Assembly: GCF_009914755.1 (NCBI RefSeq)
Contig: NC_060947.1
DNA: 64,000 nt
Strand: one strand, 5' to 3'
From: the human T2T-CHM13v2.0 reference genome, Homo sapiens
A program made the translations under genes and the position numbers. Shown here in pieces: positions 1-17,155 of this stretch. The number at the start of each line of letters is the position of its first letter. The first letter of the stretch is position 1. The notes below the pieces were generated by a model that made no database searches, was not told the origin of the DNA, and saw nothing but the letters and a program-made list of their open reading frames with translations.

Positions 1-2297
1 GAGTGGTGGCCAGCTCGGCCTGTCTGGCCCCCATGAGACTGACCTCTACTTGAACTCCTTGAGGCTGGTCCTTCTGCTCTGAATAACTAGAGAAATCCCA
101 GGAAAATACATACATTGGATTGCATGGAATAAGGTGATGGGATGGCAGAAGAAGCTGTGGGAGCCAGTGTGAGCTTCAAGCTTCAGCACTGAATAGCAGC
201 TCATCCTCCATCCACACTTTCTGTAGTGCTGTGCACAGTAGGGAGCAGCCCCTCTGCCTGCCAGTCCTTACCTGGGGGTTCCTGAGCTGACCAACTCTGT
301 AGGGACACCGTGAAACTCTGTAGCCATCAAAGACCCTCAGTCCGGGCACAGTCACAGGGGAGGGACTCATGTCCTCAGGGGAGGCCTCCTTGACACTCTC
401 CAGCATGCTGGAGGGTTTGATGAGATTCTTCTGCTGGGTGGCTGGGCGTGGTGGCTCATGCCTGTAAACCCCAACCCTTTGGGAGGCTGAAGTGGGAGGA
501 TCACTTAAACCCAGGAGTTTGAGGCTGGAGTCAGCTATAATCATGCCACTACACTCCAGCCTGCGTGACGGAGCAAGACCTTGTCCCTAAATTTTTTTTT
601 AAATTAAAAAAAAAAAGACGATCCTGCTGGGTGATGGTGGCTTTTTTTCTGTACAGCTAGAACTAGAGTAAAGGGGAGGAGTTTCCCCCAAAGGATACTT
701 TTGCCCATTTGCAAAGGAAATGAATGAATGAAGATGCTGAGGCTCTCCCAGCTGATGGAACCACTATTCTGATTGATTGGCTTCAAAGACTCACCAGAGA
801 AAAACATTTTAAAATGTAGGGCCAAACCTCTGATACTATAAAAGTGCTGGCCTTTTAAGACAAACTCTCAAAGTTAGAGTTTCCCCACGGTGAGAATCTC
901 TCCACACAGTTGGGGACTGGGCAGCTACCCCAGCTGGGCACTAGAGGCCTGGGCCACCCTCACACCCTGGTCAGTGGTAGCACGGGGGCTGCCAGACCTC
1001 ATCAAAAGCTTGACTTTTCTTTGACTTCCAGGAGGAGGAACCCTGTGAGGCACTGCTCCACTCCCTGCATGGTTGAGGACAGGTGGGAGAGGGGAGGCTA
1101 CAATCAGGCTTCAAGGTTATTAGGATGGGCCGGGCGCGGTGGCTCACGCCTGTTATCCCAGCACTTTGGGAGGCCAAGGTGCGCGGATCACTTGAGGTCG
1201 GGAGTTCGAGACCAGCCCGGCCAACATGGTGAAACTGCTTCTCTACTAAAAATACAAACATTAGCCGGGCGTGGTGGTGAGCACCTGTAATCCCAGCTAC
1301 TCGGGAGGCTGAGGAGGCTGAGGCAAGACAATCGCTTGAACCTGGGAGGCGGAGCTTGCAGTGAGCTGAGATCATGCCACTGCACTCCAACCTGGGCAAC
1401 AGAGAGAGACTCCGTCTCCAAAAAAAAAAAAAGAAAAAGAAAAAAGGAGAAACGGTTATTAGGATGGTCCTGGGATGGAGAGAACCAGGGACAGTAAGGG
1501 CCTGGCCAGGGTAGGGCAGCTGCTGCAGGAACAGCAACCCAGCAACTGGCCACACAGAGGGCGAGTGACCCCTGGGCGGACTGATGGGCCACACCACAGG
1601 CCACACCACGGACCACAGGCCACACCCAGAGAGCTAGTCCTGGGGCAGGGAGCGCCTCTGAGCAGGAAATGACAGAGGAAGTTTCTGGTGCAGCTTTACT
1701 GATAAGGAAACAAACAAAGACTGTGTGATAGCAATCAGAAAACATTTCAGTCAAGCAGAGTGGAAGGAAGACTGCTTTATCTTTCTGTTCCCTCTAGTGA
1801 GAATTATGTCACAATATCATTGTCAGATGAAGATGCGATCTAACACTATGCAGCCAAAATGTGGGGAAAAAAGATAACACAGGTAGCTTCAGTACAAAAT
1901 ATAATAGGAACAAAAACATTGTACTTTGCTGCCTTTTGTTGTATTTGTCAGCTTTTTAAAATTTGTAATTTGTTGTGATTTCTTATCTTTTTCTAAATGA
2001 ATGGACACATTTGCAAGTGATTTAGTATTCTTAAAGAGGAACCCTAAATTATATAAATTTTGGTCTCTATACAATGTGGGTTTTCCTTCCTATATACATG
2101 GTAACCTGTTTAGAAATTTTAATTAAATTAAATAAGTTGAAGTTGTGGGGAACAAATCATCATGTTATCTCTTTTCTGTGCACAAAAGTCGTTTTTAAAT
2201 ACTGGAATGGGGCGGGGTGTGGTGCCTCATGCCTGTAACCCCAGCACTTTGGGAAGCTGAGGCAGGTGGATCATCTGAGGTTGGGAGTTTGAGACTA

Positions 2298-2582
<285 letters not shown>

Positions 2583-2889
2583 TCAAAACATTTATAAATA
2601 GCCATATAAAACCAACCATATAAAACCAGGCTATTAGTAAAAATCTAAATGGTCGTCCTGCTTCCTAAATGTACTCTTTCTCTCAAAAAGTTTTTGGATG
2701 AGAGAACATGGAAAACTGGGGATTTTTCCTCCACTGTTACAATGTCCTGCTTGCTCAGTCACAGGATAAGAAACAAGGAAACGCATATTGCTATCAGGCC
2801 CAAATTGAACAGTCATGAAGAAGCTTCAGGAATCTCTACTGTGTTAAATACACTTACTAATATTGAAAGGGCTTTATCAACACAGAAGA

Positions 2890-4525
2890 TAGAGAGAGAG
2901 GCAGAACAGCATGGCCAAATAGAAGCCTCCAGTGATCATCCCCACTGCGGGAACACCAAATTGAACAACTAGCCACACAAAAAAGCACTTTCCTAATATC
3001 CAAAAATCAGGTGAGCGATCACAGGACCTGGTTGAACTTCACATCACTGAAAGAGGCCGTGACAAGGGTAGGAAGGACAGTCTTGAATCACTCCCCGCCC
3101 CGCGCCCCAGCCTCAGCCCCGGCACCCCCCACCCCCAGCCCCCGCTCCGCAGCAGCCTCGTGGTGCAGAGAGAGAAGCTGTACACTTGGGGGAGGGAGGG
3201 CACGGTGACTGTGGGGCTTTGCGTCGGAACTCAGCGCTGCTGCCGTGTCCCAGCAGAAAGCAACACGGGGCAGAAGTTAGCGGGCGCCCACGAAGGGAGG
3301 ATTTACATCAGCCCTAGCCGGAGAGGAATCGCCCATCTTCAGCGGATGGAGCCTGAGCTCCAGCAAAGCCTCACCACTGCGGCCTAAAGTATTCAGGGGC
3401 CTGAAATATACTTGAAAGGCAGTCTAGGCAACAAGGACGGCAAGTCCCGGGCAAGTCCTGCTGCTGGACTGGGCTCGGAGCCAGCGGACTTGGGGTACAA
3501 GCGACTTAGTGAGATAGCAGCCGGGGTAGCTCGGGCCATGCTTACACCTCCCCTCCCCCAAGGCCAGGCAGTGCCGCTCACAGCTCCAGGAGCCCCTCCT
3601 TCCTCTTGCTTGAGGAGAGGACACGGAAAAGTGGGGAGGACATTGTCTTGTGTCTTGGATACCAGCTCAACCACAGTAAGATGGGGCACTGGTCAGAGTC
3701 GTGAGGCCCCCATTCCAGGCCCTAGCTCCCAGACGACATTTCTAGACACCCTCGGCCGGAAGGGAAGAGAAGGACCCAGTCCTAGCGGGACTCATCACCT
3801 GCTGACTGAAGGGCTCTTGGGCACTGAGGAACCAGCAGCCATACCCAGGCCGTACTTGCTGCAGGCCTCGGCTGACACTCAGAGCCGTGCGGGCCCAGCA
3901 CACTCCCAGCTGCGGTGGCCACAGGCAGAGACCCCTTCGGTTTGAGGAAAAGGGAGGGAAGAGTAAAGGGGACTTTGTCTCGCAGCTTGGGTACCAGCTC
4001 GACCACAGCGGAGTAGTGCACCAAGTGGGCTCCTGGGGTCCCCAGTTCCAGTTCCAGGCCTGGGCTCCTGACCTGCCCTAGGGCTAGAGGGGATCCCACT
4101 GCCCTGAAGAGAGAGGCTCAGGCATGGCAGCATATTCACCACAAGCTGACTGAGGGCCGTTGGTCCTCGAGTGAACACGAGCGATAGTCTGGCAGTACTC
4201 CCCGTGGGCCTGGGGCAGTGGTGGCTGTGGGGTGAGGGTTCTCTGCCTGTGGAAAAGGGAGGCAAGAGTGGGAAGGCCTGTGTCTCGCAGCTTGGGTGCC
4301 AGCTTAGCCACAGTAGAATACAGCACCAACTAGATTCCTAAGACTCCCAACTACAGGCACTGGCTCCCAAATGGCATCTCTGTATCCGCCCAGGACTGGG
4401 GGGAACTCGCCACCCTGGAGGGGACGACACTGGCCTGGCTGCCTTTGCCACCTGCAAGAACCACAGGGTTACTCGGCTTGGGGTGCCCCCTAAAGCAGAT
4501 ACAGCTGCAGTGACCAAACACTTAG
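2890..4525 (+). mobile_element. Old LINE-1 5' UTR (L1M1/L1MA-like) with three internal ~300-330 bp related units
   Basis: Begins GAGAGGCAGAACAGCATGGCCAAATAGAAGCCTCC..., resembling old primate L1 5' ends. A diverged unit (…GAAAAG(N)GGAGG…TGTCTYGCAGCTTGGGTRCCAGCT…CCACAG…) recurs near 3610, 3940 and 4250. Subfamily assignment is from memory. Confidence 0.7.
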
Positions 4526-4930
4526 ATCCCAAAGGTTAAGGATAAAGAAAGGATCCCAAAAGCAGCAAGAGAAAAGAAACAAATAACATGCAATGGAGGC
4601 CGCTGACTTCTCAGTGGAAACCTGACAGGCCAGGAGAGAGTGGCATGACATATTTAAAGTGCTGAAGGAAAAAAAGCTTACCCTAGAATAGTATAACTGG
4701 CAAAAATATTCTTCAAACACAAAAGAGAAATAAAGACTTTGCCAGACAAACAAAAGCTGATGGATTTCATCGGTCCCAAACCTGTCCTACAAGAAATGCT
4801 AATGGGAGCAGTTCAATCTAAAAGAAAAGGATGTTAATGAGCAATAAGAAATCACTTGAAGGTATAAAATTCAGTGGTAATAGTAAGTACATAAAAAACA
4901 CAAAACGCTATAACACTGTAACTATGGCAT
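4526..4930 (+). mobile_element. L1 ORF1 C-terminal relic plus inter-ORF sequence
   Basis: Translates with frameshifts to PKVKDKERIxKAAREKKQIT…ADFSVET…ARREWHDIFKVLKEK…EIKTLPDKQKLMDFI…PVLQEML, the L1 ORF1p C-terminal domain. Confidence 0.8.
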
Positions 4931-5379
4931 GTTAAGTCCCAGCTACTTGGGAGGCTGAAGTGGGAGGATCAGTCAAGCCCAAGAGTTTGAGGCTGCAGTA
5001 AGCCATGTGTGTACCACTGTGCTCCAGCCTGGGTGATGGAATGGGATTCTGTCTCAAAAACAAAACAAAACAAAATGGGGCCTGGCGCAGTGGTTCACGC
5101 CTGTAATCCCAGGACTTTGGGAGGCCGAGTCAGGAGGATCATCTGAGGTCAGGATTTCGAGAGCAGCTTGACCAACATGGTGAAACCCCATCTCTACCAA
5201 AAATACAAATATTAGCCTGGCGTGGTGGCAGGTGCCTGTAATCCCAGGCGCCTGTAATCCTGCCTCCCAGAGGCTGAGGCAGGAGAATTGCTTGAACCCG
5301 GGAGGCCGAGGTTGTAGTGAGCCAAGATCGCGTCACTGCACTCCAGCCTGGGTGACAAGAGCGAGACTCTGTCTCAGAA

Positions 5380-7605
<2,226 letters not shown>

Positions 7606-8088
7606 CCAAGAAAATAATCTAAAACTCCAGGTTTCCTCAATATTTCTTTATAAGAAAAATCCTTGAATAGATTAAATTGTTTTATTCTTCATTTAAGAAA
7701 TAGCTGTATGTCTTTGTCTTCTCTCCAGTTTTATCACAGTACGAAGTATGTAAAAGTGACAATGGGAACACTGTGCTTTGGTTTTTGCAAGATTTGAGAT
7801 GTATCCATTATGATTTTCTCATGAGAAATTTTATTATGTTGACCTTTCTAAACCCATAATACTTACCTTGCAGATCACGTACGTCAGCATTTCTTACACT
7901 AAATATCTAAGGTTTTGTAAATGTAAACACGAGTTGAGCTAAACTGAGTTATAATAATGAATATCTGTATTTTTAAAATCAACCTTTTAAACTTCCAACA
8001 ATAGCAGTAATTGTGTAGCCCTACAAAGTTACTCCACCTTGTAAACGGAATAAATTGTAGTGTCATATTTGTCAAATTTTATTCATGA

Positions 8089-8367
<279 letters not shown>

Positions 8368-8708
8368 TGATCCGCTCACCTGGCCTCCCAAAGTGCTGGG
8401 ATTACAGGTGTGAGCCAACACGCCCAGGCAGCCTAGTATAATTTCTAAGATTCCCTCATCTACTGACTTTGATACCTGGGGTAGACAATAAATTGAGGTA
8501 ATTAGCAAGTATATTTACCTGGATAATCTCCAAAGGAATGAAAATTCATAAAGACAAAATGCAAACACACACAGTTATTTCTGACATATATGTATTCTAG
8601 TCTATGCATAAACACAATGGTGCCACACAACACTCATAAATCAGAAAATCACTGTAGTCTAAACATTGTTTTGTGCTATGCCTGAATTTTTACTTATTTT
8701 TTTTTTAG

Positions 8709-9002
<294 letters not shown>

Positions 9003-9052
9003 TGATTTTTAAATTTTTACTATAAAACCTAAACTTTTAAAGCAGTAAATAA

Positions 9053-9386
<334 letters not shown>

Positions 9387-10821
9387 TGAACATCTTTTAC
9401 TGTGACTGCATATAAGTGTATGTTTACATAAACATACATAGAGGTGTATTACATCAATGAATGTTTTTTAAAGTTTCTGTATGATGGAGTGCAGAGGCCT
9501 GGGCGCAAGGGAGTAAAGGGTCTTTAAGTAATCAATATATTTTCAACCTCAAGTATCCTATCTAGAGCCAGAGGTTTTTTTTCTCACCCTACTAGGAGCT
9601 CACAGCACTGCAAATCTGTTAACAGAGGTGCTTTTATGCTGCCCCTTGGCATGGTTATTTCATAACTGCAGCCAATTATAAGAGAACAAGCAATCGAACA
9701 GAACAAAGAGCAAAGGCTCTTCCTTTGTGGAGGAGCTAAAATTCCCACTGCTTACCATGTTACCTTCTCCTGTGTGTTGTTATCAAATATTGGGACTCTG
9801 GTTACACTGTCAAGGCCATGGGCCTTTCTTGTTCTAGGGCAGCTGTGCTCCTCTCTTAAGCAACTGACCCGTGTCTCCTGGCAACTCTCTTTGGTACTGG
9901 ACTTCTCCAAGATCAGTCCTCAAATTAATAACAACACTGACAAGGGTCTTCGGACCACCGTGTTTGGTACCTGGCTGCTTGGGACCATCCAGGTTTGCCC
10001 CTTTGCCTGGCTTGGGTAACCCACTGTATGGTGCACACGAATAAAGGCTGATGCCGAGAAGAATGAGGCTTGTAGTTACGAAAAGTGACTCAATGGAATT
10101 AAAAAATCTACCCTGCAGCCTGGGAGCAGTGGTTCACACCTGTAATCCCAGTGCTTTGGGAGGCCAAGGCAGGAGAGTCGCTTGAAGCTAGGAGTTGGAG
10201 ACCAGCCTGGGCTATATAGCGAGACCCTGTCTCTACAGAAAAAATACAAAAATTAGCTGGGCATGGTGGTGTGTGGCTGTAGTCCCAGGTACCTCGAGAG
10301 GCTGAGGCAGGAGGATCGCTGGAGCCCAGGAGGTCGAGACTGCAGTGAGTTGTGATCGTGCCACTACTGCAGCCTGGGTCACAGAGCAAGATCCTGTCTC
10401 AAAACAAACAAACAAACAAACAAACAAACAAAAACTATCCTGTAAATGTATAAAAATGTCACTAATTTCAATGTGTTTCGGTAAAAAGGAATGAAGTACC
10501 GATACATGCTGAAATTCAGATAGATCCTCAAAAGCATTTTGCTCAGTGAAAGAAGCCACACATGAAAAGTCACATATCAGATGAGCCACTTTATGTGAAA
10601 TATCCAGAATAGAGGAATTCATAGACACAGACAGCAGATTAGCGGGTGCCAGGGGCTGAGGGATTAGGGGATGGGGAGTGGCCACGTAATGGACACGGGG
10701 TTTCTGTACGGCATGATGAAATATTCTGAAAGTACATAGTGGTGATGGTGGCACAACGTGCATTAGTAAATGCACTAAATGTCACTACACTGTACACTTT
10801 CAGATGACTAATTTTATGTTA

Positions 10822-10971
<150 letters not shown>

Positions 10972-11929
10972 CTACAAAAAATACACAAAAAATTAGCCAT
11001 GTATGGTGGCATACACCTGTAGTCCCAGCTACTTGGGAGGCTGAGGTGGATCGCTTGAGACCAGGAGGCAGAGGCTGCAGTGATTGGAGATCGTGCCACT
11101 GCACTCCAGCGTGGGTGACAGAGTGAGACTCTGTCTCAAACAACAACAAAAACACAAAATATTTTGGTAATGCATAACTTCTTGGGATGAATTTTAAATG
11201 TTTATTTTTTTATGCAAGAGCTAACACAAGTGCTCTCAGCACGATGACTTTTTACCTTCTGAAAGATTGTATTGTGAGCTTTAAAATCTCTTTGTCCATT
11301 AATAGTTTTAGTGACTCACAAAATGGAGATTTCCAGACCCAAGATAGCTAGAAACAAGTGGCCTAGCAGGACAGGGTCATGGTGTACAGCCAAGCTGTAC
11401 CTTGGTGTGAATGCAGGGGCTAGAACGCATCAACACCAAGGTTTATCAAGTGGTGACAATGTGGACACCAATACTTGGAAAGTGGCAGCGCCACTGTCAT
11501 AGACCCCCACTTTCCCATCAGAGATCCCAGTGCCAAGGCTGTACCAACTTCTTTCTGTTCCTTGGGTTTTCTCTTTTTTTCTTTCTTTTTTTTGGGGAGA
11601 CAGGGTCTCGCTTTTGTCACCCAGGCTGGAGTGCAATGGCACGAACTCAGCTCAGTGCAACCTCTGCCTCCCAGGTTGAAGTGATTCTCCTGCCTCATCC
11701 TCCAGAGTAGCTAGGATTACAGGCACCCACCACCACACCCGGCTAATTTTTGTATTTTTAGTAGAGACGGGGTTTCACCATGTTGGCCAGGCTGGTCTCG
11801 AACACTTGACCTCAGGTGATCCACCCACCTCGGCCTCCCAAAGTGCTGGGATTACAGGCGTGAGCCACAGTGCCCAGCCTAGGGTTTTCTCTTAAACATG
11901 GGAATGGATGGAACACCTCTCACTGGATG

Positions 11930-12440
11930 AGGTAGATTGTTTCCAAAGATGGCTGCTCCCATGGCTCCCATTCTGCATGTCCTTCTATAGCATTACTTGG
12001 CACTCCGCCCAACAAGAGGCGGAGGCTTTTTCCCCTTCTCTGGAATCAGAGCTGGCCTTGTGACTTGTTTTGACTACTAGGATGTGGCAGATGGAACATT
12101 AGGTGACTTCCAGGCCTAGGCCATAACAGGCATTGCAGTTTCTGTCGTTGCCCTCTTGGAAGCCAGCACCATAGGAAGAAGTCTGGGCTATCCTGCTTGA
12201 GAGGCCGCATGGAGAGAGAGGCCCTGCAGGATGAGATGCCATGTGGAGGAGAGTAATACAAGCCAGCTAACAGCCAGCACCAACTGCCAGACATGGCATG
12301 AGTGACCCCAACCAACACGAGGTGGAGCAGAAGAACTGTGCCTTACAGATCAGTCGATACATAAACTCATAAGAACTCATCAATTGTTATTTTATGCCAC
12401 TAAATTTTGGGGGGGCTTGTTAGGCAGCTCTACACTTGAG
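11930..12440 (+). mobile_element. MaLR LTR (MLT1 family)
   Basis: CCAAAGATGGCTGC…CTGGCCTTGTGACTTGTTTTGAC…TGTTATTTTATGCCACTAAATTTTGGGGG…TTGTTAGGCAGC is the typical MLT1 layout. Confidence 0.65.
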
Positions 12441-12978
12441 ATCCAGACCAAATGGAGAGAGTATGGTAAGCTCTGGGGAGCAGGTCGCAACCTGAAAAGC
12501 CTGGCAGACTCGACTCATGGAGGAAGACTGCTGGCCCCTACTTATTCCCCCAGCAGAATAAGTAATAATTACAAAGGATTTGCAGGGAACAAGGGAAATG
12601 GATGAGGAAGAGACAGTTCTTGTTCTCTATCTGTCCAGGAATATTTTTTGGCATCATCCTTAGTGTACTATTTCTAATAGTCATACAATGACGTCTTGTC
12701 CTCTTGCCCTTTCTCTATTTCTCCATTTAACAGGTTAGGTCTGTGCAGGCTGGATAGTGCAGCTGGGACATCTAGGACCACATTAGATCCTAGATGCCTC
12801 CAAGGCAAGAGATAGTATCACAATGTAAAAAATGCTTGTATAGGCTGGGCGAGGTGGCTCACGCCTGTAATCCCAGCACTTTGGGAGGCTGAGGCGAGCA
12901 GATCACTTGAGGTCAGGAGTTCGAGACCAGCCTGGCCAACATGACAAAACCCCGTCTCTACTAAAAATACAAAAATTA

Positions 12979-13185
<207 letters not shown>

Positions 13186-14329
13186 TTAGAAAACCACAGC
13201 TATCTTTGATAGAGGAGTATGGGTTGAGATCATATTCATCTTGACTTTTATTCGTTCAAATGATTACATCAATGACTAACCTCAAGTGAGTTTATGACTG
13301 GGCAGGGAATGTGACCAACATCTAAAGTCTGTGCCATGCCACTGCCCACGGGCTGCTTGGCTTCAGAACAAAGCGGTTATTTGCATCAGTGAATCCAAGT
13401 TGGTCCTCTTGCCTCCCATGCTATAATTGGAAACACCGAGTTTGTAAGTACAATGTCACCAGAAATGTCACTTGTAAATGCAAAGCTCAAATCATCAGAT
13501 CCAAGACTCTAAGACACCCAGCCTTGCAGAACAAGGATGGAACTTGAGAGGGGAGAGAATGTGCTAGAGCTTACACTGATGACCTGGAGGGTCACAGCCT
13601 TACCCAGATGTACAGGGGCTGCCGTCAGAGTGGGGACAAGTTTTCTGTTCAAAGGCAGTAGAAAGCTTTTTAGAACAATGGAAGCAAATAATATCTCTTG
13701 TTGCATTGTGTACAAAATGTGAGACAGATCAATGGAATACACACAATAACAGATAAAGGAAATACACAGGAAATGCGTGCAAGAAAAACACCTGGGTCCC
13801 TGAATGACAGGAAATAGTGCTGTCTAATAGTGCACTAAGATTCTGTTAGAAATTTCTTCCCTAGCAATGAAAGACAGTTAAAGGGAATCATGTCATTGTA
13901 TGTGCAAATCTTGGTATTTTAATTGCATATGTATCGTATAAATTAAGCTTTTGTCTGATTTCCACTGTCTGTAAGAGTTAAAATTAAAAAAATAAACACT
14001 TGGCTGGACCACACACTGAATTAATGATTTTAACACAAAAATGATACTGAAGAGAATGTGAATGCACTAATGCCACCGAACTGTGTGTACTTAAAAACGG
14101 TTAAGATGGTAAGTTGTATGTTATGGGTATTTTACCACTATTAAAAAAAAGTTTTTAAGAAAAAAGGCTAATAAGATTTCTGGGTTCAGGCAGGAGTAGG
14201 AAGGCAGCGAAAACCCGAATTCCCCCACTTCTCCTAAAAGAAGTCCAAACACAGGAAGAATGAATGAGCCCCCCTCCTTGATATACTGGAGGAAACCAGA
14301 ACCTGTGCCATCAGAAAGCGCTAGGATGT

Positions 14330-14860
14330 GACAAAGCAGGGAGGGGACTACAAAGGGCCCCAGCGGTCCCGACCAGGATCCACCCTTTCAGGACATGGCC
14401 CAGGCCCGCTCAGGATCGCATGGGGGCAGATGCGAGCCCCAGGAGAACTCCCGAGGACCCGCGGCGGCCGCCGGGGGCTTCCTGACGCGCGAGCGGCAAG
14501 GCGGCGCCAGAAGAGGGCGCCCGGGAGCCGAACAGGAGGCCAAACCCCGGGCCTTCCCGCGTTCCCGGGGGTCCCCGTGCTAAGGCAGACAGAAGGCGCC
14601 CACCTGTCAACAGTGAGAACCAGAATCCACAAAGGCCAAAGTGCGGAAGGCACTGAGACAAAGCAAAGCGACCCACAGAGCAAGAGGACCGAGCCGCCGC
14701 CGCCGCTCACCGGAAAAAGCGTTGCACAGGGCCCGAGGCAGGGGCTTCGCAGAGGCGTTCAGCTCACCGCTGGGAGCTGTTCTGGGGCTCCGGGTCCCAC
14801 GGCCGTTTGCCCAGCCGTTTCCGAAGCCGCAGCCTTGCTCCGGATTCGCCTCGCACTTTT
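14330..14860. promoter_or_regulatory. CpG island, candidate promoter or insulator, with a CTCF-like motif (14507-14520)
   Basis: Dense undepleted CpGs (e.g. CGCGGCGGCCGCCGG, GACGCGCGAGCGG) in an otherwise CpG-depleted region. CCAGAAGAGGGCGC matches the CTCF core CCASYAGRKGGCRS at 13 of 14 positions. Confidence 0.75.
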
Positions 14861-15168
14861 TTTTTTTTTGGACAGTGCTAGGAAACATGCGTTTAATAAA
14901 GAAATCTAGGCATGCAGTTTTCAATTAACATGGCCCATTATGTCTCTCTCCTTCCGCTTACAGTGAAGATCAGGACCATGAAGTGAATTTGAATTTCTTT
15001 TCTTTTTTTCTTTTCTTTTCTTTTCTTTTCAAGACAGGGTCTTGCTGTATGGCCCAGGCTGGAGGATCATGGCTCACTGCAGCCTCCACCTCCTGGCCTC
15101 CAGCAATCCTCCTGCCTCAGCCTCCTGAGTAGCTGGGACCACAGGTGTGCACCACCACGCCCAGCTAA

Positions 15169-15333
<165 letters not shown>

Positions 15334-16399
15334 TGAACAACCCAGTTGGAACATAATACGACGTGAGAAGAGAAGCCTGCCATGGGGAGGGGAGCACAGA
15401 CCCAGCAGGCAGGCTCTCAATGGGAGGTTCAAGGCGAGTCCCCCTCCCACCCACCTGCTCCCAGCTGAGAGTCCATCTGGGCCTCCGGTGGGCAACGACA
15501 AAAAATTCCATTAGGTTGAGAAGACGTGACTGGCACTGGCTCAAAGCCAAACAAATACTTGGTGGGCCTGCTTGGAGTTTAGCTCACACTTTTTGATTTT
15601 CTATTCACTGAATTTCACTGCTGTAGGAACCTCATATAAATGGAATCAGATAGTTATTTTTTTTTATGACAGGCTTTGGGGGATATATCTTTTTGAAGGC
15701 TCTTTATAACTAAACAGTAAATAGTTTAATTACAGTGGAAATTCTCTGGACTAGATTGTAAAGGTGGATCAGATTTGGAAATAAGACTTTTTTCAAGTCA
15801 AAGAAGAAAAACCAATTTAAAAATACAAGGCAATGGCCGGGTGCGGTGGCTCACGCCTGTAATCCCAGCACCTTGGGAGGCCAAGGCAGGTGGATCAGCT
15901 GAGGTCAGGAATTCGAGACCAGCCTAGCCATCATGGTGAAACCCTGTCTCTACTAAAAATACAAAGAAAAAATTAGCCGGGCATGGTGGTGCATGCCTGT
16001 AGTCCCAGCTACTCAGGACACTGAGGCTGAGGAGAATTGCTTGAACCCGGGAGGCAGAGGTTGTAGTGAGCAAAGATCGCGCCACTGCACTCCAGCCTGG
16101 GCAACAGAGTGAGACTCCACGTCAAAAAAAAAAAAAAAAAAGACATGTCAGAAACAAAGAAAGAAAGACATGACAGGCTCAGAATCAATGTCAACCTGGG
16201 CAAAGGTCAGAAACGGAACAGGGACCCTTTCTTTGTGGGCAGGTTTGACATGAAAGGTTCAGCGACTTCAACTCTTCTGATTCTTTCTTCTTGAGCCCAT
16301 TTTGGTAAGTTGTGTTTTCCTAAAAGTTTGTCCATTCCATCCAAATGTTCACATTAGTCAGGATCTGTGAAGGATGTCAATGGCTGTGAGGCGAGGGCC

Positions 16400-17155
16400 C
16401 CTTGCCAGTCCCCATGTTCGTTATTTATGGATGCCTGATGCCCACAACCTCGACTTCTCAGCTGAGGGCAACTCCTCCTGTCCTCTCGCTGCTTCCACCT
16501 AAGCCACCAGGAAATCCTGTTGACTCCACTTACAAAAGCTCTCCAGAGTCTGCTACCTCTTACCACCCTACTGTCGCCTCCCAGACCTGGTCTCCCCGCT
16601 TCTGCCCTGGCCCCTACAGCTCGCAGACAGCTGCCAGAGGAGTCCATCCGAATCAACTTCAGATTGCGTCACTTTTTCTTTCAAAATCCGACAAAGCTCC
16701 TCATTCCATTCAGAGTGAGAAGGGCCCCGCCATGCAGCCTTTCCTCCTCCTATTCACCAACCCCACTCTCGCTCCAGCCATCTTGATATCCTTGCTGGTC
16801 CTGGAGCAGGCCAGCCACGCTCTTGCCCCAGGGCCTTTGCACTTGCTGCCCCTCTCCTGTGATGCCCTCCTGGATCTCTGCATGGCTCCCTCCTGCCCTC
16901 CCTCCCTCGAGTCTTTGCTCACATGTCCCCTTCTCAGAGGGGCTCACCCTGGTGCCCTTCGAAAGTGGGCATCCACTCCCTTCCCACCCTGGCACCCGCA
17001 CCCTCCTGTCTTCCTTTTTCTGTTCTCCATCCTACTCATCTCCCCCAACTAGAAAGGCAGCTGCAGCTGCGGAGCACGGGATCTCCATCTGCAGCTGCAT
17101 CCCGGGACCTAGAACAGGTACAAAAGTACCTAATAAGTACCCACTGAATGAATAA
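16400..17155. mobile_element. LINE-2 relic, followed by a MIR-like segment (about 17160-17330)
   Basis: C/T-rich L2 body (…GGGCCTTTGCACTTGCTG…) ending in …AATAAGTACCCACTGAATGAATAA. Confidence 0.6.

Noticed and set aside
971-1754. 212-aa and 188-aa ORFs, and the many similar ORFs with LECSGxISAHCNL, [10 protein letters not shown] or [13 protein letters not shown] motifs across the window
   Set aside because: These are translations of Alu elements, not genes.
14328-14909. 193-aa ORF and overlapping ORFs in the CpG island
   Set aside because: Stop-codon scarcity in GC-rich DNA; low-complexity R/P/G content, a non-ATG start and no recognisable domain.
16402-17052. 216-aa Pro/Ser/Leu-rich ORF
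   Set aside because: Lies within a C/T-rich LINE-2 relic.
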